DNA of 64,000 nucleotides from an uncultured archaeon (GTDB lineage Archaea; Aenigmatarchaeota; Aenigmatarchaeia; CG10238-14): NCBI GenBank assembly GCA_964392445.1, contig CAYMPD010000002.1, positions 37,037 to 101,036 of the forward strand, read 5' to 3'. Shown piece by piece: positions 50,786 to 57,735 of this stretch (position 1 is its first letter; each line of letters starts with the position of its first letter). The notes under the pieces were generated by a model. It saw only the letters and a program-made list of their open reading frames with translations, ran no database searches and was not told where the DNA came from. The position numbers and the translations under genes were made by a program.

Positions 50786-51478
50786 AGAAATAGTATCTCA
50801 AGACAACCAAGATAATCAATCGATCCAATCCACACTAAAGGTATCTCCTACATGGAGACTGCCCAAAGTGGGCGGAAAGACCTTTTCTCGTTATCTGAGA
50901 GATTAGTCTTATTTACTTGTATTGTGAAAGCAACGCAAGACAATCTCAGACTTACATTACTATTACATTAGAATTATAGTAAAATTTAAATACTTAATGG
51001 TAGTGACAACTAATAACTAGTTTCAACCTTCATGATTTTCCATAAATTAGGAATTATTAATTTCTTCTCTATGTTCCATTATATTTTCTTTCAATTCTTT
51101 TGGTTCTAAATAAATACCATATTGGGGTAATACTTTGTCGCAAATAGTTTTAACCTTGTAGTCGAAATCAGGGCTATCAATCTGTTTGAAAAGGTTTTTA
51201 TTGTTTCCCTGAATTTAGTTTTCCCTATTTTTGTGTTTTCTTTTATAAGAACATCCGAAGCTATGGGAATAGATGTATTTGAAATAGGTTTTGACAAAAA
51301 TCATGCACATATAAATATTTTAGAAAGGGGATTGCGATCCGTAGCTGAAATTACAAAAAAATCAAGAAGTTATAATTTTTGATGGAATTTCGGCAGGGAA
51401 TTTTAGCTGTAAAAACAAAGTTTTAAATCCTTTTCGAACATTCCTTATTTTAAAGAGTGGAGATATGTGTTTAGTGTA

Positions 51479-52831
51479 ATGTACCCTAAGGTAACTAGTA
51501 AAAGGAAGGATTTCGAAGGTACTGAAAGATCACAGGTAGTTTATAAAAAAAGAAAATTGGTTTCAGGACAAAGAATTTTAAACGGAATTTTAACCGCTGT
51601 GATGGTTGGTACCTTACTTATTGGTTGTGGTTCTCCAAGAGAAACGGTAAATATACCGAGTACTCCAACCCCATCCGTTTCAGTTACTCCTAAAGAAGAT
51701 TTTAATGTAACTCCTTACCCACGTGTGAATTTATTTGATGATGTTTATTCTCAAGAAACTTTAAGTTATGAGCCCCCTAAAGGCGTAGGAATTGATCAAA
51801 CATTATTAAATATATTTGATAGAATGAATTTGGGGGTTAATGAAAGAGGTGCTACTTTCGATCAAATTAGACATTCCAATACAATTACAAGGGTTGTTGC
51901 TGACAATGGAAACACTTATGATGGAGAAGTTATTAATATACCCTTATCTGGGGGAAGGGGTTCTTTCAATATTTACAGAGTATATAATCCTAATGGTGAT
52001 GATATTTGGTTATATCCCGATCTTCGAGTAGGTGGTCCAGGGGCAACTGTTACTTTGACTCCAACACCCATCCCACCCACTTCCACACCTCAACCTACTG
52101 AAGTTCCACCCACTAACACACCCCCACCAACAACTATTCCACCCACTTCCACACCTCAACCTACTGAAGTTCCACCCACTAACACACCCCCACCAACAAC
52201 TATTCCACCCACTTCCACACCTCAACCTACTGAAGTTCCACCCACTATTAACACCTCAAATGTTCATGTTGCAATAGAAAATTTAAGAGAAAGGGGAATT
52301 AATATGCGATTATATGTAGTCTCTTCAAGTTCAGAGGACGTTTTCAAGGTTATATATGATGACTTGAGAAGGAGAAATTTTATCGCTACCACGGGTCCAG
52401 ATGAAGGGATTGATACTAGAGGTGTGTCAGGTTGTCCCTATTGTATATTTGTTCCGGACTACAGTGTAAATAGTAGATCAGTGGCATCTTGGGAAAGAAT
52501 AATTCAACACGAAGCATGGCACTCTTTACAAGTTGCTAATAATCCAGATTTAGCCTACCATTTTAGAGGAGAGAGTGAAGGATTAAATACCAGATTTGGT
52601 GTATATGCTAGATTTCAGGAATGTTGTGCTGAAGTTTTCGGTTGTCAGGTCGCTGCTGGATTCTACCATCCCGACAATTTAAGATTATTAATGAATCGGA
52701 TGCCAGAACAAGAAGATTTAATATTAGCTGCCTGTAGTGGAAATAGAGATGCCTATTTTAGATTAAAGGATTTGTATAATGATGCTCAAGGGGACAACGC
52801 TTTTCAAAATCTATTCCCCCCCTATAATTAA
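51479..52831 (+). CDS. Lipoprotein with Pro/Thr repeats and HExxH zinc-metallopeptidase-like C-terminal domain
   Basis: Lipobox LIG|C, PT-rich linker, IIQHEAWH...E motif; start uncertain. Confidence 0.8.
   Translation: MYPKVTSKRKDFEGTERSQVVYKKRKLVSGQRILNGILTAVMVGTLLIGCGSPRETVNIPSTPTPSVSVTPKEDFNVTPYPRVNLFDDVYSQETLSYEPPKGVGIDQTLLNIFDRMNLGVNERGATFDQIRHSNTITRVVADNGNTYDGEVINIPLSGGRGSFNIYRVYNPNGDDIWLYPDLRVGGPGATVTLTPTPIPPTSTPQPTEVPPTNTPPPTTIPPTSTPQPTEVPPTNTPPPTTIPPTSTPQPTEVPPTINTSNVHVAIENLRERGINMRLYVVSSSSEDVFKVIYDDLRRRNFIATTGPDEGIDTRGVSGCPYCIFVPDYSVNSRSVASWERIIQHEAWHSLQVANNPDLAYHFRGESEGLNTRFGVYARFQECCAEVFGCQVAAGFYHPDNLRLLMNRMPEQEDLILAACSGNRDAYFRLKDLYNDAQGDNAFQNLFPPYN
52073..52247 (+). repeat. 66-bp perfect tandem repeat, about 2.6 copies
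   Basis: Unit encodes PPTSTPQPTEVPPTNTPPPTTI. Confidence 0.93.
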
Positions 52832-52924
52832 ATAGATAATATTGTAAACTTTTTTCAGACTAAAATTGTTCAGAAGCTAGAATTAAGCATACTTTTTAGG
52901 CAATGTTCAATACTTAAGTTCTAA

Positions 52925-53083
52925 CGCCGAGGTAGGGATTTGAACCCTAACGTTCCGAAGAACACTGGATTTCCTTCGGTTCACCTCCTTGTCCATCATC
53001 CTAATGTCAGGGTCAAGCCATCTTCCACATCGAAAGCGAACAGCCTCAAGTCCAGCGCATTTGCCAGATTCTGCCACCTCGGC
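52925..53083 (-). tRNA. tRNA-Ser(TGA) with 74-nt intron (52971-53044) at position 37/38
   Basis: GCCGAGG/CCTCGGC acceptor, G73, CTGGA-CT TGA G|intron|A-TCCAG, long variable arm, GGGTTCAAATCCC; relaxed bulge-helix-bulge. Confidence 0.9.
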
Positions 53084-53128
53084 TCTTTAAAGAATAATAG
53101 AAGTATTATGTTTTTATAAACTTTAGCT

Positions 53129-53413
53129 TTATTGTAATTTTAACAAATTATATGCTTTTCTTAGATCTTTTCTCAATTTTCCTGGAACCCGTTTTATTAA
53201 CTTAGAATTATGGGTGACAATACCGAGTTCTTCCATATCTTCAAGAATTCTAGGTAAGTAAGTTTTTACAAATTTAGGACTGCTGCAATACATTCTAAAG
53301 GCTTTGTCCCTTAGATCCTCATATAAAATTCCCTGTGGTGGGATAAGAGAAACAACTCTCTCCACTACACATTGATAAGCGGTAGGTAAGAAGCTAGAAT
53401 ATCTTAATCTCAT
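53129..53413 (-). CDS. Hypothetical protein (possible wHTH)
   Basis: 94 aa; IL.DMEELGIV pattern. Confidence 0.5.
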   Translation of the reverse strand: MRLRYSSFLPTAYQCVVERVVSLIPPQGILYEDLRDKAFRMYCSSPKFVKTYLPRILEDMEELGIVTHNSKLIKRVPGKLRKDLRKAYNLLKLQ

Positions 53414-53475
53414 TGTAGATATGGTAATAATTCTCCAAGTTTAAATAACCCTAAAGCTCGATTTATCACTATATC

Positions 53476-53892
53476 TTAACTGTCTATAACATTAAGATTG
53501 TCTATTTTCTTAAAATCTTTATCAAAAGTTGCCATATTCTTTATCCCATATGTAAGAGCTAGTATTATATTTGTACAATCAGTAAAACTCATCTTTAGTT
53601 TTTTGAATAAATCCCACGACATTTGGAATACAGGAGCACTAACATTTAACATATAGGTAGAATTAATTATTTTTTCTCCTAATTTTACAGTAGTCTTCTT
53701 AGATTTTGTCTTTACTAGGCAAACAGTTACGGATTCATCAAAAACATAATCAGACGTTATTGCTTCACCATACTTATCCTTATCAAATATATCTTCAATA
53801 ATTTTCTTAGCTTTTCGGTGATTCTGATCTCTTTCATTAAAATAGGATATGAAAACGTTAGTGTCTATGAATATCGCTATTTCAACCACCAT
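53476..53892 (-). CDS. vapC: PIN-domain toxin VapC
   Basis: IFIDTNVFI, TSDYVFDE, SFTDC, ATFDKDF. Confidence 0.93.
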   Translation of the reverse strand: MVVEIAIFIDTNVFISYFNERDQNHRKAKKIIEDIFDKDKYGEAITSDYVFDESVTVCLVKTKSKKTTVKLGEKIINSTYMLNVSAPVFQMSWDLFKKLKMSFTDCTNIILALTYGIKNMATFDKDFKKIDNLNVIDS

Positions 53893-54109
53893 AGAGAATA
53901 TTATCAATTTCTTTACTAGTTTTTTCCGTTCCTGTTCCCCAATCTATTGGTTTAAGTTCCAAGAATTTTTCCCTTTTTTTACTCTTACTTTCAACCCATT
54001 GATCTAGTGCCATAGTTAAGGCTTTACCTATAGTTAATCCCTCTTTAGTTACTTCTACTTTAAAATTTTCAAAAACTTTTTTATCAACATTTCTTACGCT
54101 AAGTTGCAT
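53882..54109 (-). CDS. vapB: RHH-type antitoxin VapB
   Basis: 75 aa, upstream of and overlapping vapC; LSVRNVD..VF..FK.......KAL..AL..W; S.EID.ILYG tail. Confidence 0.85.
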   Translation of the reverse strand: MQLSVRNVDKKVFENFKVEVTKEGLTIGKALTMALDQWVESKSKKREKFLELKPIDWGTGTEKTSKEIDNILYGG

Positions 54110-54121
54110 ATTTAATCACTA

Positions 54122-54150
54122 TGTATTACTTGTATTACATGTATTTAAAT
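54122..54150 (-). promoter_or_regulatory. Putative vapBC promoter/operator
   Basis: TGTATTAC direct repeats with 9-bp period next to a TTTAAA box, about 12 bp upstream of vapB. Confidence 0.5.
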
Positions 54151-54154
54151 CTTT

Positions 54155-54361
54155 CTAAAGTTCTATTTCATGCTTAAAATTACTCTTCTCAGCTTTTTTC
54201 AACTTCCAAGCATCATCTATCAGCATATCAGGAACATCTCCATCAAGTACAGGATAAGCTAGCTGACATTTCTCGCAAACAATAAACATATCTTTTCCCT
54301 CAACATCCCCTTTACACTTAGGACACGCTAAAATAGCCATAAGCTCTTTTGACACTGCCAT
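54155..54361 (-). CDS. Trm112-like methyltransferase activator
   Basis: LMAILACPKCKG....C..C...YPV.DG.VPDML. Confidence 0.88.
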   Translation of the reverse strand: MAVSKELMAILACPKCKGDVEGKDMFIVCEKCQLAYPVLDGDVPDMLIDDAWKLKKAEKSNFKHEIEL

Positions 54362-54365
54362 CCAA

Positions 54366-55229
54366 TCACTTATTACTTGGAATTTTACTAATAAATACTC
54401 TGTCCGTTTTAACCCGATTCTTACTTTTTGCTATCCCCAAAGCGATTATTTTTCTTTTTTTTGAGAATATTCCAACATCTTCTCCTGGATTAACCTTATC
54501 TATTTTGATAATATCCCCTGGATTTATTGGTCCACCGTTTCTTATTTTTGAAAGACTAGAATCTTTAATAACAACTCTTTTGATATCTAGAGATTCTTCA
54601 ACGGGTATTAGAATTTTTCTAAGGTCTTCATCTTTACCCATTTCCCACTGCTTATAAGCTTTTTCGATTTCTTCAATTTCATAAGAATTTTTTATCGTGA
54701 ATTTCCCTGTTTTTGTTCTTTTCAGGTATTTCATGTGTGCTCCTGTACCTAATTCTTTTCCCAAGTTATGAACGAGCTTTCTTATGTATGTTCCCGCTTC
54801 CACCTGAGTTTTAAAACTAACGTCTTTCCCATTTTTTTCTAGAATATCAAACGAATATACCTCCCTTCTTCTGGGCTTTCTTGCTACTCTGGATTTTACT
54901 GGTGGGATTTGAGTTATTTCTCCTAGGAAATTCTTTTGGATTACTTTCTCTATTTTTTCTTTCCCAATATCTTCGTGTAAATACATTATTCCTTCATATT
55001 CTTTATCCGATTTCATCAGGAATTTGAGAATCTTTGTTGCCTCATCTAATGCTACTACTAATACTCCCCCGACCTTAGGATCCAGGGTTCCTGCATGCCC
55101 CGCTTTTTGTGCTTTGAAAAGTTCCCTGATTTTTTGATCTACGTCCTTTGATAATGGACCTGAGGGTTTGTTGACATTGATAACACTAAAGTGAATGAGT
55201 TCTTCGATAGTTCTTCTTGGAACTTTCAT
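54366..55229 (-). CDS. cbf5: Pseudouridine synthase Cbf5/TruB
   Basis: VNKPSGP, GHAGTLDP (catalytic Asp), KEY.G, Q.PP..S.V, GTYIRKL, reduced PUA domain. Confidence 0.95.
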   Translation of the reverse strand: MKVPRRTIEELIHFSVINVNKPSGPLSKDVDQKIRELFKAQKAGHAGTLDPKVGGVLVVALDEATKILKFLMKSDKEYEGIMYLHEDIGKEKIEKVIQKNFLGEITQIPPVKSRVARKPRRREVYSFDILEKNGKDVSFKTQVEAGTYIRKLVHNLGKELGTGAHMKYLKRTKTGKFTIKNSYEIEEIEKAYKQWEMGKDEDLRKILIPVEESLDIKRVVIKDSSLSKIRNGGPINPGDIIKIDKVNPGEDVGIFSKKRKIIALGIAKSKNRVKTDRVFISKIPSNK

Positions 55230-55263
55230 AAGTATTAATTAGAAAATTAAAAAGAAAAAGAAG

Positions 55264-55767
55264 TTACTTCTTCTTTTTTGAGGACTTTTTCTTGGCTTTC
55301 TTTGATTTTTTACTTGATTTCTTGGTCTTACTTTCTTCCTTCTTCGTTTTACTCTTCTTCTTTTTAGACTTTTTCGGTTTCTTCTTACTCTCTCCCTCTT
55401 TTTTCTCGGCCTTTTTAGCTTTTTTCTTCTCTACCTTCTTACTTTCTTTCTTTTCAACTTTCTTAGTTTTTCCAGCTTCTTTAACTACTTCTGGACTCGG
55501 TTTTTTTAACCCAAGTTTTTTGAGTAAACCTTCCTTTTCCAGAGCTTTTATCACTGTTTTATCTGATTCCTCTTTTTTAATATCAACTTTGTACTGTGTC
55601 GGTTCCAAATGTTCGACATTACATCTTCTTCTCTTAACACCAGTAAGAACCTTAGGCCCTGTTATTTGGACAAAATTGTCTTTTGGTTTAGTTAGAACCG
55701 TACAATATCTACCAGCCTCTCGACCAGCAATTTTCATAGCTACTCTTCCTACAGTAAGCGTCGCCAC
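55264..55767 (-). CDS. rpl14e: 50S ribosomal protein L14e with Lys-rich C-terminal tail
   Basis: VGRVAMKIAGREAG, ITGPK..TGVKRRRCN..HLEPT. Confidence 0.93.
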   Translation of the reverse strand: MATLTVGRVAMKIAGREAGRYCTVLTKPKDNFVQITGPKVLTGVKRRRCNVEHLEPTQYKVDIKKEESDKTVIKALEKEGLLKKLGLKKPSPEVVKEAGKTKKVEKKESKKVEKKKAKKAEKKEGESKKKPKKSKKKKSKTKKEESKTKKSSKKSKKAKKKSSKKKK

Positions 55768-55818
55768 CTACATCACCTCTACAATTAATTGATGAGAAAG
55801 AGTTATAAAGTTTACAAA

Positions 55819-56322
55819 TTAACTCTCCGCTCTCCTCACTAATAATCTCCCATAAATAGCTAAAACTGAGAAGCATTCTAAAGCATCTTTGAGTGTTCCC
55901 ATTCCTGTCGGTGTAAAATTAACCCCAGTAATCTCTCTCATCTCTTCCAATATAATAGGAATATTTTCAGCTACTTCCCATGCAACAAAACAAGATAAAA
56001 AAGTTACAATATGTGGTAAATATTTTTTTGGTAGTCTAGCTATTTCACGAGGACCTAAATTTATTGGAATATAACCGTGTTCATCTACTAACCCTGATTT
56101 TCTCATAGTAAAATCAACTCCAGAAATGAAGAAATATTCTACTAATGGCCTTAAAGATTCATCTAAAGGTGTTCCATATTTGACTAAACCTGAATTCTGA
56201 GGATGTATATTATTAATAATATATCTAAAAGTACCGGCTGACATCCGAGCATAAGTATATGTTAAACCTAAATCCATTGCTCTCGTATAAATTTCTCTAG
56301 CTAATCTAAGTGGATTTCCCAT
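55819..56322 (-). CDS. Hypothetical protein occupying the usual cmk position
   Basis: 167 aa, no P-loop, hydrophobic segments. Confidence 0.6.
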   Translation of the reverse strand: MGNPLRLAREIYTRAMDLGLTYTYARMSAGTFRYIINNIHPQNSGLVKYGTPLDESLRPLVEYFFISGVDFTMRKSGLVDEHGYIPINLGPREIARLPKKYLPHIVTFLSCFVAWEVAENIPIILEEMREITGVNFTPTGMGTLKDALECFSVLAIYGRLLVRRAES

Positions 56323-56392
56323 GTATTTACCCCTTCTTGAAAAGTTGCAAAATTAGATATTAATAAAGAAATTAAAACAACTTTTAAGCTTT

Positions 56393-56467
56393 CCTAACCT
56401 TCTCCCTAAATACTTCCCTCATACATTCAGAACAAAGATTCCCACCATAAGGTCTTTCAGGTCTTCT
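56393..56467 (-). repeat. 75-bp perfect duplication of the rpl34e 3' end
   Basis: Identical to 56991-57065; 25 codons [25 protein letters not shown], then KA* (stop 56384-56386). Confidence 0.95.
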
Positions 56468-56516
56468 AAGAATTAATAGTCATATATTTAAATCATTCAG
56501 ATAATAATTAACTTAA

Positions 56517-56723
56517 GTGAGAAAAATGTCGAACATTACACTAGAAACAATTCATCAAGATTTAAACGAATTAAAAAAAGAGTTTTATGAACTTAAAATA
56601 GTCCTAGTTCAAGAACCAGAATTATCTGAAGATACGGTAAGAAGAATAAATGAAGCTCGACAGAGAATGAAAACTGATTTTGTGAGTCATGAGGAAATGA
56701 TGAAGGAGTTCGTTAATGGATGA
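56517..56723 (+). CDS. Putative antitoxin (RelB-like partner)
   Basis: Small acidic helical ORF, ATGA-coupled to relE; C-terminal ..RI.EAR..MK..FVSHEEM. Confidence 0.75.
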   Translation: MRKMSNITLETIHQDLNELKKEFYELKIVLVQEPELSEDTVRRINEARQRMKTDFVSHEEMMKEFVNG

Positions 56724-56980
56724 AATTCAAGGTCATCTGGGATAAAAAAGCTAGAGAATTCTTAAAGAAACAAGATAAACAAATTTCTTCGCGGGTAGTT
56801 AAAAAAGTAGATAAAATAAGAAAGGACCCAATAAAATTCCTAGAACCTTTGGTATCTATTAAGAGTTACAAGCTAAGAGTTGGTAATTATAGAGTTATCA
56901 TAGACGTAGATTGGGAAAAGAGAATCCTTTTTGTTGTATTAATAGACCATCGGAAAAGAATATACAAGAGATCAAGATAA
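56720..56980 (+). CDS. relE: RelE/ParE-family toxin
   Basis: FKVIW..KA..FLKK.DK, YKLRVGNYRVI, V.LIDHRKRIYK. Confidence 0.93.
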   Translation: MKFKVIWDKKAREFLKKQDKQISSRVVKKVDKIRKDPIKFLEPLVSIKSYKLRVGNYRVIIDVDWEKRILFVVLIDHRKRIYKRSR

Positions 56981-56981
56981 A

Positions 56982-57251
56982 TTAACTTCCCCTAACCTTC
57001 TCCCTAAATACTTCCCTCATACATTCAGAACAAAGATTCCCACCATAAGGTCTTTCAGGTCTTCTTTGGGATTTAGGTAATTTCTTTAACTCAGATGGTC
57101 TTTTCCTAGGAACACCTTGAAGGGGTTTACCACATCTTGCACACTTAGCTATACTCGGTTTTTTCTTCTTATAATGAGTAACAGTTCTTCCTCCTGGAAC
57201 CTTTTTCTGACTTCTCTTCAAACTTCTTGATCTTAATCTTCTCTTAACCAT
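56982..57251 (-). CDS. rpl34e: 50S ribosomal protein L34e
   Basis: PGG...[28 protein letters not shown]. Confidence 0.95.
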   Translation of the reverse strand: MVKRRLRSRSLKRSQKKVPGGRTVTHYKKKKPSIAKCARCGKPLQGVPRKRPSELKKLPKSQRRPERPYGGNLCSECMREVFREKVRGS

Positions 57252-57734
57252 CTAAAACCCCAGTATTTTTCTTAATACTAATCCTAATATAACCGAGCAG
57301 ATTATATACCACATCAACCATGACAATCCCTTACCACCAATTAAAGGCAGGAATTCTGGTAGTGTGAATACAACTACATCAGTATAGGTTTCCCTTAACC
57401 ACGGGAATACTAATATAACAAGTAACATTGAAATACCTAACGATATCATCATAGGTTTCATCATTTTTTGGAGGTATTCCGAGTTCATCTCCATCATTTT
57501 TTTCATTTGTTCATCCATTTCTTCTTTCTCTCCCTCCTTTTGAGCTTCTAACATCTTCTTTCTTGCTTTCTCCATCTTTTTTTTAACCTCTTTGGCATCT
57601 GAAGAACCCATTGTTTTCTTGTTGATGAATGTTAGTATAGTTGTAATAATACCAGAAATGATCGATATAGTTATGACTGGATGAAAACCTAATATAGGCG
57701 AAAATACAACATTCCAAAATGATTCTAATGGCAT
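57252..57734 (-). CDS. DUF106/EMC3 (Oxa1-superfamily) membrane protein
   Basis: TM, coiled coil, Met-rich segment, WL.WYI.CS; canonical position after secY. Confidence 0.88.
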   Translation of the reverse strand: MPLESFWNVVFSPILGFHPVITISIISGIITTILTFINKKTMGSSDAKEVKKKMEKARKKMLEAQKEGEKEEMDEQMKKMMEMNSEYLQKMMKPMMISLGISMLLVILVFPWLRETYTDVVVFTLPEFLPLIGGKGLSWLMWYIICSVILGLVLRKILGF

Positions 57735-57735
57735 T

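Larger units (their letters stand above)
47472..52938. mobile_element. tRNA-Ser-targeted genomic islet, no integrase inside
   Basis: Bounded by the 15-bp tRNA 3'-end direct repeat; abrupt GC rise at about 47611; bacterial-style genes. Confidence 0.75.

Noticed and set aside
50790-50819. Sigma70 promoter (TTGATT-18-TACTAT) for the island tRNAs
   Set aside because: The -10-like hexamer is only 4 nt from the mature tRNA 5' end, leaving no leader, and such hexamers are common by chance.
52073-52247. CRISPR array
   Set aside because: Contiguous 66-bp in-frame coding repeats with no unique spacers and no cas genes.
52925-53083. tRNA-Leu assignment
   Set aside because: The long variable arm suggested Leu, but the anticodon is TGA and the discriminator is G73, which indicates Ser.
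55292-55792. 166-aa plus-strand Phe/Leu-rich ORF
   Set aside because: Antisense shadow of the Lys-rich rpl14e.
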